A program made the position numbers and the translations under genes. Source: an uncultured delta proteobacterium (lineage in GTDB: Bacteria; Desulfobacterota; Binatia; Binatales; Binataceae). From it: DNA of 64,000 nucleotides. The stretch's first letter is position 1, and every line of letters starts with the position of its first letter. The stretch covers positions 64,001 to 128,000 of the forward strand of contig CAWCDG010000007.1 in assembly GCA_963794325.1 (NCBI GenBank), written 5' to 3'. The notes beneath the pieces are model-generated. The model saw only the letters and a list, made by a program, of their open reading frames with translations. It was not told the DNA's origin and did not search any database. Of this stretch, positions 9,533 to 19,479 are shown one piece after another.

Positions 9533-10645
9533 TTGATCTTGGAATCGGAAACTATTCGGCCTCAGGAGGCGATCACTCCGCGGACGCCGGAGCGAGCGGT
9601 CGTGCTCGATCCTCCGCCGAGCCGGATCCTGGTCAAGGAAGTTAACTGGCTCGGCGACGTCGTAATGAGTCTGCCTGCGCTGCGGGCGATTCGGCGCACC
9701 TGGCCGCACGCCCATCTTGCGGTGCTCATCAAGAAAGAACTCGCGAGCTTCTTCGACGGTGCGCGATGGATCGACGAGGTGATTCCGTATTCGGTTGGGC
9801 GCGGGCTTTCGGGGTTTTTCGATCGGCGCAGAATTGTCGGCGATATTCGCTCGAGGCGATTCGATCTTGGCGTGCTGTTTCCGAACAGTTTCGAATCGGC
9901 GTTGTGGATCACGATGGCGGGAATTCGGCGGCGTGCCGGGTTTATCGCCGATGCGCGCGGCGCGATGCTGACGATGAAGGCAGTGCCGCCGCCGGAGGCG
10001 ATGAGTGGGCATCAGGCTGACTATTGGCTCGCGATGGTGCGCGCGACTGGCGTCGCAGATGGCAGCGCCGATGATTTTGCGATCGACGTGCATGGACCGT
10101 ATCGCGAGCGCATGCGCGAGTGGCTCGCGGCGAATCGCAAGCATCCCGAGTGTCCGGTTTTTGCGATCGCTCCCGCGGCGGCGTACGGGCCGGCCAAGGA
10201 ATGGCCCGCGGAAAGCTACGGAGCGCTGATCGATTTGCTGGCGCGTCGCGAGGATGCCGAAGTCGTGCTGGTTGGCGCGCCGTCAGAACGCGCGCATTGC
10301 GAGCAGGTTGCGCGCGCGAGCAACGCGGGCGCGATGCTCGCCGCCGGTCATACCAATATCGGCGAGCTGATTGCGCTGTTGTCACTGTGCGACGGGTTCA
10401 TCGGCAACGACTCGGGATGCATGCATCTTGCGGGCGCTCTTGGAATTCCGACCGTCGCGATTTTCGGCTCGACCAATCCCGCTCGCACCGGGCCGATGGG
10501 GCCGAAGACCCGCGTGATTTACCGCAAGCTCGAATGCAGCCCGTGCCTGGCGCGCACTTGCCGCTTCGGACATTACAATTGCCTGACGCAAATCGAACCG
10601 GCGGAACTAGCCGACGCGATAGTCGCGATGCGTGCGCCGCATTGA
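9533..10645 (+). CDS. waaF: Lipopolysaccharide heptosyltransferase II (GT9)
   Basis: NWLGDVVMSLP, FPNSFESA, APAAAYGPAKEW, NDSGCMHLAGALG. Start uncertain. Confidence 0.92.
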   Translation: MILESETIRPQEAITPRTPERAVVLDPPPSRILVKEVNWLGDVVMSLPALRAIRRTWPHAHLAVLIKKELASFFDGARWIDEVIPYSVGRGLSGFFDRRRIVGDIRSRRFDLGVLFPNSFESALWITMAGIRRRAGFIADARGAMLTMKAVPPPEAMSGHQADYWLAMVRATGVADGSADDFAIDVHGPYRERMREWLAANRKHPECPVFAIAPAAAYGPAKEWPAESYGALIDLLARREDAEVVLVGAPSERAHCEQVARASNAGAMLAAGHTNIGELIALLSLCDGFIGNDSGCMHLAGALGIPTVAIFGSTNPARTGPMGPKTRVIYRKLECSPCLARTCRFGHYNCLTQIEPAELADAIVAMRAPH

Positions 10646-10691
10646 ATCTGAATACTGAAACCCTCACTCACGCGGACTCGGGGGCATAAAG

Positions 10692-11711
10692 ATGAAACTC
10701 AAGGAACTCGCATCGAAGCTGGGACTCGAAATCCGCGGCGACGGCGGCGTCGATATCGTCGCGCCCGCTCCGATCGAGGCGGCCGGTCCCGGCATGATCG
10801 TGTTTATAGCGAGCTCGAAGTACGCACCGGCGCTGCAATCCAGCGTTTCGGCGGCGATTACGACGGCGGATCTGGCGGAGGGCGCGAAGTGCGCGACGCT
10901 TATCAGCGCGAATCCGTACGCGGACTTCGCGCGCGTGCTCGAGATTTTTTTTCCGCCGTACCGGCCAGTCCCGGGAATCGATCCGCGCGCTTCAATCGCG
11001 CCTGACGCGACGATTGGTGCGAACGCCTCGGTCGGCGCGTCGGCCGTGATCGGCGCGGGCGTGACGATTGGCCGCGACGCTGTGATTCATCCGAACGTGA
11101 CGATTTATCCCAACGTGCGCATCGGCGATCGCTTCACCGCGCACAGCGGCGTGTCGATTCGCGAAGGCGCGGTCATCGGAAATCGCGTGACGCTTTTGAA
11201 CGGAGCGGTGATCGGCGCCGATGGATTCGGATTCGTCGAGGAGAAAGCCGGCTTGATCAAAATTCCGCAAGTCGGGATCGTTATACTAGAGGACGATGTG
11301 GAGATTGGCGCGAACTCGACGGTCGATCGCGCGATGATGGGCGCGACCGTGCTCCATCGCGGGGTCAAACTCGACGACCAGGTGCATATCGGGCACAACT
11401 GCGAAATCGGCGAATACTCGCGATTCTCGGGGCACACCGGAATCTCCGGCTCGACGCGAATCGGCAAATGGTGCCTGTTCGGCGGACAGGTCGGATGCGC
11501 TGACCACGTGACCATCGGCGATCGCGTGATGGTGGTGGCGAAGGCCGGAATCCACAACGACTTGAAGGACGGCGCGGTCGTCTCGGGGATTCCCGCCGTC
11601 GACGTGCGCAAGTTTCGTCGTTACGCCGTGGTGCTCACGCGGCTGCCCGAAATAATTCGGCGCGTGCGCGCGCTGGAGCATCGCGCCGGCATCGATCACC
11701 ACGAGGGGTGA
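10692..11711 (+). CDS. lpxD: UDP-3-O-(3-hydroxyacyl)glucosamine N-acyltransferase
   Basis: Hexapeptide repeats, IGADGFGF, KIPQVG.V.LEDDVEIGANSTVDR, KLDDQVHIGHN. Confidence 0.96.
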   Translation: MKLKELASKLGLEIRGDGGVDIVAPAPIEAAGPGMIVFIASSKYAPALQSSVSAAITTADLAEGAKCATLISANPYADFARVLEIFFPPYRPVPGIDPRASIAPDATIGANASVGASAVIGAGVTIGRDAVIHPNVTIYPNVRIGDRFTAHSGVSIREGAVIGNRVTLLNGAVIGADGFGFVEEKAGLIKIPQVGIVILEDDVEIGANSTVDRAMMGATVLHRGVKLDDQVHIGHNCEIGEYSRFSGHTGISGSTRIGKWCLFGGQVGCADHVTIGDRVMVVAKAGIHNDLKDGAVVSGIPAVDVRKFRRYAVVLTRLPEIIRRVRALEHRAGIDHHEG

Positions 11712-11731
11712 ACGTCGACGCGATCGGCGAA

Positions 11732-11956
11732 ATGCAGAAGCCGGCACAATTGTTTGCGACGATCGCGATAGCAACGGCCGCCGCGATCTTTTGTTCGGGA
11801 TGTCCGGCGCTGATGATTCCGGGGCTCGCGTACTCTGGCTACAAATACGAGCATGACAAAAATCAGCCGGCGGCAAGCGCGTCGAGTACGAGCACGCAGA
11901 GCAGCAAGGCGACCGCCTCGCCGCAACAGAAAATTCCTGACAGCGAAATCGAATAG
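11732..11956 (+). CDS. Small lipoprotein
   Basis: Hydrophobic signal ending in lipobox-like CSGC; Ser/Thr-rich tail. Confidence 0.65.
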   Translation: MQKPAQLFATIAIATAAAIFCSGCPALMIPGLAYSGYKYEHDKNQPAASASSTSTQSSKATASPQQKIPDSEIE

Positions 11957-11974
11957 CGGATTCGGGCATCGCGC

Positions 11975-12907
11975 GTGGCCGATCTGACGTTCACGCTTCA
12001 GCCGCGGCCGCCGTTTCGTCTCGACCTGACGGTGTGGGCGCTTCGCCGGCGTGCGCATAATGTCGTCGATCGATTCGACGACGGCAGTTGGCGTCGCATG
12101 CTGGTGATCGGCAAGTTGCCGACGGCCGTCGCAGTCAGGCAGACGCGCGACGGCGAGCGCCCGGAAATCGAAGTGAGAATTACCGCGACGCGACCTCGTG
12201 CGGTGAAGGCCGAAGTCGCCGCGATTGTCACCAGGATGCTCGGACTCGATTTCGATCTGTCGCCCTTTTACCGCCTCGCGCACAAAGATCCGCATTTGCG
12301 CGAGCTCGCTGAGCGTCTGCGCGGAATGAAGCCGGTGCGCTACGCGACTGTGTTTGAAGCCTTCGCCAATGCGGTCGCATGCCAGCTTGTTTCGCTGAGT
12401 GCGGGGATGCACGTCCTCAACCGGCTGGCGACAGCGTTCGGCGTGAGCGCCGAGGTCGATGGAATCGCCGCGCCGATGCGATCATTCCCGCTGGCCGCCC
12501 GCGTGGCCCGCTCGAATCCTGATGCGATGCGCGCGCTCGGACTTAGCAGGCAGAAGGGAGAATATCTGATCGGACTTGCGCAGCTTGCCAATGATCCACA
12601 GGATCGCGACTTCGCGTCGATTGGACGGCTCACCGACGATGACGCCATCGCGCGCCTGTCAAAAATTCGTGGGGTTGGACGCTGGACCGCTGAATACGTG
12701 ATGCTGCGCGGCTTCGGGCGCATCAACATCTTCCCCGGCGACGACGTCGGCGCTCGCAACAAACTGTTCGAATGGCTCGGCGTGACTGACGCGCCGACTT
12801 ACGACCGAGTCGGCAAGATGCTCGAGCGGTGGCATCCGTACGGCGGACTCATCTATCTTCACCTGATTGTGAATGCGGTCGCCAAAGGCGGCCTCGTCGC
12901 GGCCTGA
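11975..12907 (+). CDS. alkA: DNA-3-methyladenine glycosylase II (AlkA family)
   Basis: AlkA N-terminal domain, HhH motif LSKIRGVGRWTAEY, FPGDD, W.PY. Confidence 0.88.
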   Translation: MADLTFTLQPRPPFRLDLTVWALRRRAHNVVDRFDDGSWRRMLVIGKLPTAVAVRQTRDGERPEIEVRITATRPRAVKAEVAAIVTRMLGLDFDLSPFYRLAHKDPHLRELAERLRGMKPVRYATVFEAFANAVACQLVSLSAGMHVLNRLATAFGVSAEVDGIAAPMRSFPLAARVARSNPDAMRALGLSRQKGEYLIGLAQLANDPQDRDFASIGRLTDDDAIARLSKIRGVGRWTAEYVMLRGFGRINIFPGDDVGARNKLFEWLGVTDAPTYDRVGKMLERWHPYGGLIYLHLIVNAVAKGGLVAA

Positions 12908-12925
12908 AATTGACGGGAGGGTTCG

Positions 12926-13318
12926 GTGCTCGCGTATCTTCTGATTGCGATTGGCAGTGCGCTCGGCGGGATGGGACGATACTTCGTCTCCGGCATCATC
13001 ACCACGCTCACCGGCGGCACGTTTCCATACGGCACGATGCTGGTGAATATCACCGGATGCCTGCTGATTGGATTTTTTGCGACGCTGACCGGACCCGACG
13101 GACGTATGCTGGTGGGGACACCCACGCGGCAGTTCGTGATGATTGGAATCTGCGGCGGCTACACGACGTTCTCGAGTTTCTCGCTCGAGACGCTTTACCT
13201 GATGCAGGCCGGCGAGTGGATGCCGGCGACGGTGAACGCCTTTGGTTCGGTTATCCTGTGCCTCGTGTCAGTATCGATCGGGTACGTCGCCGCGACGGCG
13301 CTCAACCGGGGAGTGTAG
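12926..13318 (+). CDS. crcB: Fluoride channel CrcB/FluC
   Basis: G.ALGG..RY, FPYGT..VN..G, GICGGYTTFSSF. Confidence 0.96.
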   Translation: MLAYLLIAIGSALGGMGRYFVSGIITTLTGGTFPYGTMLVNITGCLLIGFFATLTGPDGRMLVGTPTRQFVMIGICGGYTTFSSFSLETLYLMQAGEWMPATVNAFGSVILCLVSVSIGYVAATALNRGV

Positions 13319-13320
13319 CC

Positions 13321-13665
13321 ATGCAAATCCCACGCGATGCGGTCTTGCTGAGAATTTTCATCGGCGAGAGCGAGCGCTCGGACCACAAGCCGCTGTACGA
13401 AGCGATCGTGCTCAAGGCGCGCGAGCTGCAACTCGGCGGCGCGACGGTGCTGCGCGGCCCGATGGGTTTCGGCAGATCCAGCCATCTGCATTCGGCGAAA
13501 ATTCTGCGGCTCTCGGAAGACCTGCCGATGGTCATCGAAATCGTGGACAGCCAGGCGAAGATCGACGCCTTCCTTCCGGTGCTCGACAAGATGATGGGGT
13601 CGGGACTGATCACGGTCGAGAAGGTGCAGGTACTACAATACGGCGACGGGAAATCGAAACCTTAA
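13321..13665 (+). CDS. DUF190 (PII-like) protein
   Basis: LLRIFIGE..., GATVLRG.MGFG, LSEDLP.VIEIVD; usual partner of crcB. Confidence 0.92.
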   Translation: MQIPRDAVLLRIFIGESERSDHKPLYEAIVLKARELQLGGATVLRGPMGFGRSSHLHSAKILRLSEDLPMVIEIVDSQAKIDAFLPVLDKMMGSGLITVEKVQVLQYGDGKSKP

Positions 13666-13680
13666 GCGAGGAGCAGAAAC

Positions 13681-14082
13681 GTGGATAAAAAATATATCAA
13701 TCCGGATACGCTGATGACGCCGCGCGGCTTTACCCAGGTCGTGACGATCGCGGGGCCGGCGAAGTTGGTATTCATTTCGGGCCAGGTGGCGGTCGACAAG
13801 GAAGGCAAGCTGGTTGGACCCGGCGACTTGAAGGCGCAAATTCGTCAGGCCGCCAGCAATCTGAAAGCCGCGCTGACCGCCGCAGGAGCTACCGCCGCCG
13901 ACATCGTGAAGACCAATACCTATATCGTGAACTACAAGCAGTCCGACTATTCAGCGATGCGCGAAGCGCGGGCCGAGCTGTTCCCCGAAGGCGAGCCGCC
14001 GGCCTCAACGATGGTCGGCGTGACCTCGCTCGCAATCGACGGCCTGATGGTTGAGATGGAGGCGATCGCCGCGGTGAAGTGA
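13681..14082 (+). CDS. RidA/YjgF family protein
   Basis: FISGQVA, PPASTMVGVTSLA, VEMEAIA. Confidence 0.92.
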   Translation: MDKKYINPDTLMTPRGFTQVVTIAGPAKLVFISGQVAVDKEGKLVGPGDLKAQIRQAASNLKAALTAAGATAADIVKTNTYIVNYKQSDYSAMREARAELFPEGEPPASTMVGVTSLAIDGLMVEMEAIAAVK

Positions 14083-14447
14083 TCGCCGCGAAGAATCCCG
14101 GCTCCTTCTTTAGTTAGTCGTGATCGGGCCACTTGCGGCCTCCGAATACCTCGCTCGTTACTTTACGGGAGAGGAGGCCTGGGGGCGCAGCCGCCGGCAG
14201 GTTAGGGTTCTGGGCTTCAAGCTACAAGCGCGCAATGTCGCCGCCCGCTCTTTGCCGTTTTCTCATTCTGAGCGAAACCTTCCTTGTGTCATTCAGCCCC
14301 TCCACCACAGCCCGGGGCGGGAATTAACCCCGGACTACCTCCAAGTTATAATTTCTTACAATTTGATTCGTCCGCGCGGTCATAGTAGACAGTAGGGTTC
14401 ATCGGCAACGTTGCCGGCGGGAGCTTGACTTGCAGGGAGGAAATATA

Positions 14448-15758
14448 GTGGAAGCAGAAGCGCAAACAGCCGTTGTTTCTCACCGAGGGACTGGGACGAT
14501 GAACACTATTGAAGAAACTTATCGCGCGGCCACCGAAAAATCCGCGCAGCTCGCCAAGCGCGCCGAGCGCGTGATGCCCGGCGGCGACACCCGCACCACC
14601 ACCTTCTACCGCCCCTACCCGCTCGCAATGAAACGGGGCGAGGGACCTTACTTGTGGGACGTTGACGGCAACCGCTATATCGATCTGCTCGGCAACTACA
14701 CCAGCCTGGTTCACGGCAACGCGTATCCGCCGATCGTCGAGGCGGTAACCAAGGCGGTGAAGGATGGCAGCTCGTGGCCGGCGCGCTCGGAGGCGCAGGT
14801 CGAGCTGGCGACGCTGTTGTGCGAACGCGTCGAGTCGGTCGAGCGCGTGCGATTTTGCAATTCGGGCACCGAAGCCGGGATGCTCGCGGCGCACGTCGCG
14901 CGGCGCCTCACCGGACGCAAGCTCATCCTGATGGCGCGCTATGGCTATCATGGATCGTACGACGATTTGGAAGTCGGGCTGGCGGGACAGGACGGCGAGC
15001 GCACGATGCTCGCGGACTTCGGCGAAGCGACCGCCTTCGAGGCGTTGCTGTCGGAGCGCGGCGCGGAAATTGCCGCGGTGTTCCTCGAGCCGGTACTCGG
15101 CTCAGCTGGAGTGGTGGAGCCGCCGGCCGGATTCCTCGAGCGCGTGGCCGAAGCGACGCGTCGCGCCGGTGCGATGTTCATCGTTGACGAAGTAATCACG
15201 CTCCGGCTCGCCGAAGGCGGCGGGCAGCAGATTTTCGAGGTCAAGCCCGACCTCACGATGTTCGGCAAGATCATCGGCGGCGGATTTCCGGTCGGCGCGA
15301 TCGGCGGCAGCGAGGACGTGATGTCGGCGTTCGACCCGCGCAATCGCGGATCGATTTTTCATTCGGGAACTTTCAACGGCAATCCGGTCACCTGCACGGC
15401 CGGCGCCGTCTCGATCCGCGAGCTGACCCAGGCCCGAATCGACAAGATGGCCAAGCAGGGCGAGCGGCTGGCCGCCGAGCTGGCGCGCGCGGCGCGTCAG
15501 GTGGAGCTGCCGTTTTCGGTGCGGCAATACGGATCGCTGATGAACATATTTTTTCTCAAGGATCCGCCGCCCGCGACCATCGCCCGCGACGACGCTCGCG
15601 CCGTCGCCAATTTCCATCTGGCCGCGCTCAACCAGGGCTTGTTTCTCGCGCCACGCGGCATGATCGCGCTCTCGACCGTGATCACTGACGAAGTCCTGAG
15701 CGAGATTTGCGAGCGCGCCGCGAAGGCGATGGCCGACGTCGCACAAGCCGGCGAGTAG
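14448..15758 (+). CDS. Class III PLP aminotransferase (glutamate-1-semialdehyde aminomutase-like)
   Basis: WDVDGNRYID, RFCNSGTEA, YHG, DEVIT, PDLTMFGKIIGGGFPVGA, HSGTFNGNP. GGAGG precedes GTG 14448; alternative ATG 14499. Confidence 0.9.
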   Translation: MEAEAQTAVVSHRGTGTMNTIEETYRAATEKSAQLAKRAERVMPGGDTRTTTFYRPYPLAMKRGEGPYLWDVDGNRYIDLLGNYTSLVHGNAYPPIVEAVTKAVKDGSSWPARSEAQVELATLLCERVESVERVRFCNSGTEAGMLAAHVARRLTGRKLILMARYGYHGSYDDLEVGLAGQDGERTMLADFGEATAFEALLSERGAEIAAVFLEPVLGSAGVVEPPAGFLERVAEATRRAGAMFIVDEVITLRLAEGGGQQIFEVKPDLTMFGKIIGGGFPVGAIGGSEDVMSAFDPRNRGSIFHSGTFNGNPVTCTAGAVSIRELTQARIDKMAKQGERLAAELARAARQVELPFSVRQYGSLMNIFFLKDPPPATIARDDARAVANFHLAALNQGLFLAPRGMIALSTVITDEVLSEICERAAKAMADVAQAGE

Positions 15759-15791
15759 CGCAGCATCCGCACGTAACTTCTCTGGAACTAC

Positions 15792-15825
15792 AGAAACCCG
15801 CGTTACCTTGACGCGGGTTTCTTTA
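15792..15825 (+). terminator. Intrinsic terminator
   Basis: AGAAACCCGCGT / ACGCGGGTTTCT 12-bp stem followed by T residues. Confidence 0.75.
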
Positions 15826-15993
15826 TGTCGTCGGCGTTTACAATCGCGACGCAGAATTGACTCGCGCCCGTCACGCGAAATTTGCCGCGGCGAAAAATCT
15901 CATTCATCGCGCCGTCAAATTCTCCCGCTATGTTGCGCGTCGCGGATCAAATTGGTCCGCGGCAAACCACATTCCCAGGGAGGAATACTCATC

Positions 15994-17658
15994 ATGCGAG
16001 GAACCAAGTTACTCGCGCGCGCTATCAGTGCGCTCGCGATCACTTCTATCTGCGCCGGGCCGGCGATGGCGAAGCCGCCGATGCCGCCAGCGACGGCCAC
16101 ACCGATCCAGCACGTCGTCGTGATCTTTCAGGAGAATGTCTCGTTCGATCATTACTTCGGCAGTTATCCGAACGCGGCTGGATTCGTCGCGCAGCCCGGA
16201 ACCCCGACCGTCAACGGATTGACCGGCGCGCTCCTGACCAACAATCCAAACAAGAACAATCCGTCGAATGTCCCGCCGATCAACCCGTTCCTTCTCGATC
16301 GCTCGCAGGCGTCGACCTGCGATCAGGATCACAATTACGGCGACGAGCAGGCCGCCTTCGATATGGGTCTGATGGATCTGTTCCCAGCCACCGTCGGCGT
16401 GGGTTCGAGCTCGTTTTGCCTAACCCACTATTCCTACGGAATGGGCAAGGGCATCGTCGAAGGCTACTTCGATGGCGACACCGTTACGGCGTTGTGGAAC
16501 TACGCGCAGAACTACGCGCTGAACGACAATTTCTACGGCACGACTTTCGGACCTTCGACTCCCGGACTGTTGAACCTGGTCGCCGGCAACACCTATCCGG
16601 CGACTCCCAGCGCGAGCACGTCGAAGGTGGTCGATATTAGTGGTGGCCAAGGCACCCTGGTCGGCGACCTCGATCCGACGGGCGATACCTGTTCCGGTTC
16701 GCCGACCATCGTGATGGGCGGAAAGAACATCGGCGACCTGCTCAACGAGCAGGGCTTGAGTTGGGGTTCGTTCATGGGCGGATTCGATTTGACGATCACG
16801 AACACTAACGGCACAACCTTATGCAAACGGTCGAGCCCGGCAACTGCCGCAAACGACACCATGAATGTCCCTCCACTGCCGGGTGACAACAATTTCACCG
16901 CGGACTACATCCCGCACCATGCTTTCTTCCAGTATTGGACGAGCACCGCGAACCCCACTCACGCTCGGCCCTCTGTTCCGGCCAGCGAGTACGGCATGTT
17001 CAGTGCGCCCACCGACGCCGCCAACCACAACTACGACATTAACGACTTCTACGACGCGCTCGATGCGCACAATCTGCCGGCAGTCAGCTTCCTCAAGGCG
17101 CCGGCGAACATGGACGGCCACGCGGGCTACTCCGACCCGCTGCTGGAGCAGCAGTTCGTGGTCAACGTCATCAACGCGATTCAGAGTTCCGAGTTCTGGA
17201 AAAACACCGCGGTAGTGATCACCTGGGACGATTCAGACGGCTGGTATGACCATCAAATGAGCCCGATCATCAACCCCTCCGCCGTCACGCAGACAGGATT
17301 CACGACCTCGCAGAACTTTTCGGCCAGCGATCAACTCAACGGCGTCGGCAAGTGCGGCAATGGAACTCCACTCGACAGCATCCAGGGTCGCTGCGGATAC
17401 GGACCGCGAATCCCGATGCTGGTGATCTCGCCGTTTGCGAAGCAGAACTTCGTCGATCGCACGTTGACCGACCATAGTTCGATCATCCACTTCATCGAGG
17501 ACAACTGGAGCCTCGGAAGGATCGGCAACGGTTCATTCGATGCGATTTCGGGGTCAATCGAGAACATGTTCGACTTTACACAGAAGGTGAACCCAGGCCA
17601 TCAAAACCAGACCTTGCTGAATCCATCGACTGGTGAGGTGACCGGCGGCCACAAGTAA
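15994..17658 (+). CDS. Secreted phosphoesterase / phospholipase C (AcpA-like)
   Basis: Signal peptide, IQHVVVIFQENVSFDHYFG, DGHAGYS, TWDDSDGWYDH, GYGPRIP; RBS GGAGG. Confidence 0.92.
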   Translation: MRGTKLLARAISALAITSICAGPAMAKPPMPPATATPIQHVVVIFQENVSFDHYFGSYPNAAGFVAQPGTPTVNGLTGALLTNNPNKNNPSNVPPINPFLLDRSQASTCDQDHNYGDEQAAFDMGLMDLFPATVGVGSSSFCLTHYSYGMGKGIVEGYFDGDTVTALWNYAQNYALNDNFYGTTFGPSTPGLLNLVAGNTYPATPSASTSKVVDISGGQGTLVGDLDPTGDTCSGSPTIVMGGKNIGDLLNEQGLSWGSFMGGFDLTITNTNGTTLCKRSSPATAANDTMNVPPLPGDNNFTADYIPHHAFFQYWTSTANPTHARPSVPASEYGMFSAPTDAANHNYDINDFYDALDAHNLPAVSFLKAPANMDGHAGYSDPLLEQQFVVNVINAIQSSEFWKNTAVVITWDDSDGWYDHQMSPIINPSAVTQTGFTTSQNFSASDQLNGVGKCGNGTPLDSIQGRCGYGPRIPMLVISPFAKQNFVDRTLTDHSSIIHFIEDNWSLGRIGNGSFDAISGSIENMFDFTQKVNPGHQNQTLLNPSTGEVTGGHK

Positions 17659-17687
17659 GCACGATCATCTGGTCTGAAAAATGGAAA

Positions 17688-17721
17688 CGGGCGCGTGCGA
17701 TGCACGCGCCCGCTCCTTTTT
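17688..17721 (+). terminator. Intrinsic terminator (possibly bidirectional)
   Basis: CGGGCGCGTGC-GAT-GCACGCGCCCG followed by TTTTT, between convergent genes. Confidence 0.75.
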
Positions 17722-17747
17722 CCTTGTGAGCGCCGATTCCGGCGAGA

Positions 17748-18191
17748 CTACGCCGCCTTCAGTTCCGACGTGCAATGAGGGCATCGCGTGGCGGGGAGCG
17801 GGATCGGTGTCGCGCAATACGGGCAATCCTTGGTGTTGGTCGGTAGCGGTTTGTCTGCGCCCGTCAGGTGATTAACCCACTTCACCAGCAGAAAGACCGC
17901 GAACGCGATTATCACGAAATCGATGATCGTGTTGATGAACAATCCAATGTTCATGGTCGGCGCGCCGGCCTTCTTCGCGTCCGCGATTGTGGCGTAATGC
18001 TTCGACGAAAGATTGATGAACAGGTTCGAGAAATCGACCGCGCCGAGCGCGAGGCCAATCGGCGGCATCAGGATGTCGGTGGTGAACGACGTGACGATTT
18101 TTCCGAACGCGGCGCCCACCACAAAGCCGACCGCGAGATCGATCACGTTGCCCTTGATTGCGAACGCTTTGAACTCTGAGAGTATCGACAC
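17748..18191 (-). CDS. mscL: Large-conductance mechanosensitive channel with C-terminal zinc ribbon
   Basis: [23 protein letters not shown]...[12 protein letters not shown]...CPHC; GGAGG before GTG 18191. Confidence 0.95.
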   Translation of the reverse strand: MSILSEFKAFAIKGNVIDLAVGFVVGAAFGKIVTSFTTDILMPPIGLALGAVDFSNLFINLSSKHYATIADAKKAGAPTMNIGLFINTIIDFVIIAFAVFLLVKWVNHLTGADKPLPTNTKDCPYCATPIPLPATRCPHCTSELKAA

Positions 18192-18357
18192 GACGCATCC
18201 TCCGTTGTTCGTCCGGTTTTTGGTGAGGAGCCTCGCATACAAAAGCATTCAGGCGCGCCGATGTAAACGGCCCGCCCGAATGCGCGGGACCCGATTGACT
18301 TTGCGGAAACGGTTCTGGTACCCGATCTGGTAACCGTGCAAATTCAGGAGGCCGCCG

Positions 18358-19479
18358 ATGGGATCAGTCCATATCAAGGATGAAGAGCGCGTAGGTTCCG
18401 AAGCTAAATTCAAACTCGAACCCTCCGTCTACCTGCAAAAGCTCTACGAGTCCGGCACCCCCGACCTCGGCTGGATGAACCAGATGGGCGAATGGGGCGT
18501 GCGCGCCAAGCCCGGCAACCTCGGCCTGCGCCTCAAGGACATCGAAATCGGCAGTTACGGAATTATCCCAGAGCACGGCGGATCGCATCGCTCGATGGCG
18601 CCACGCGGCGCGGTAATTTCAGATGACCTGCCTTCGCTCGGTTTCACAATTAACGATAAGGCCGAGTGCTGGGCCGACAACGTGACCGAGCTGTACGAAG
18701 AGGCGGTCGCGCGCCAGTGGAGCAGTGCACGCGATATCCCGTGGACCGAACTCCGGCCGCTGCCCGACGACCTCGAGCGCGCGATGTGCCAGCTGTGCAC
18801 GTTTCTCACGGAAGTCGAATTCATCGCGGCCGATGCGCCGACGCGATGGATGGGGCAGATGAATCACGATTTCTTCGAAGTAAAAATGTTCCTCGCGACG
18901 CAGGCGATGGACGAGGCGCGTCACATGGACGTGTTTCGAAAGCGCGCGCTCGCCAACGGCGGCGGTCTCGGCAAGGCCAGCCCGATCAGCGAGCTGTCAT
19001 TGAAACGAATCTTCGACTGCCCGAGTTTCTCGGCGCAGACCGGCCGCTTGCAACTGCTCGGCGAGGGCTTCGTGCTGACGATGTTCCGCCAGGGCGAGTT
19101 CCTGGCGCCGAGTCGGGTCGATCAGGAGATTTTCCGGCGATGCATGCAGGATGAATCGCGCCACGTCGGATTCGGCACGATGCATATCCGCGCGCAGCTC
19201 AAGGCAAATCCCGCGGTCGCCGAAGAACTTCACGAACAGCTCGACGACGCCGAGCGGATTCTGCTCGAGACCTTCAGCGTGCCGGAGGCGGTCGAGCCGA
19301 TGGCGATCCTGATGGGCGGCGGCATCAGTCATTTCGACAAGGGCATGGAGTTGCAGGGACAGTTGTGGCGGCGAATCGTCCACGAGTACCTGCAGCGATG
19401 CGACTCGGCGGGACTCGACCGCCGTCCGCGATGCATCCTGCCGACGGATTTCAACAAGCTGTTCGAAGCGGCGGCCTGA
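18358..19479 (+). CDS. Ferritin-like diiron-carboxylate protein
   Basis: E(VEF)...DEARH...EG...DESRH ligand pattern; RBS AGGAGG. Confidence 0.85.
   Translation: MGSVHIKDEERVGSEAKFKLEPSVYLQKLYESGTPDLGWMNQMGEWGVRAKPGNLGLRLKDIEIGSYGIIPEHGGSHRSMAPRGAVISDDLPSLGFTINDKAECWADNVTELYEEAVARQWSSARDIPWTELRPLPDDLERAMCQLCTFLTEVEFIAADAPTRWMGQMNHDFFEVKMFLATQAMDEARHMDVFRKRALANGGGLGKASPISELSLKRIFDCPSFSAQTGRLQLLGEGFVLTMFRQGEFLAPSRVDQEIFRRCMQDESRHVGFGTMHIRAQLKANPAVAEELHEQLDDAERILLETFSVPEAVEPMAILMGGGISHFDKGMELQGQLWRRIVHEYLQRCDSAGLDRRPRCILPTDFNKLFEAAA

Noticed and set aside
12900-12930. Fluoride riboswitch before crcB
   Set aside because: The gap after alkA is only 18 nt and I could not see the riboswitch consensus.
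12829-13320. N-terminal extension of the DUF190 ORF
   Set aside because: Alternate-frame overlap with crcB; the real start is ATG 13321 with a GGGAG RBS.
14430-15758. Calling the aminotransferase hemL
   Set aside because: Family motifs are shared with GSA-like paralogs and there is no heme-pathway context, so the symbol was withheld.
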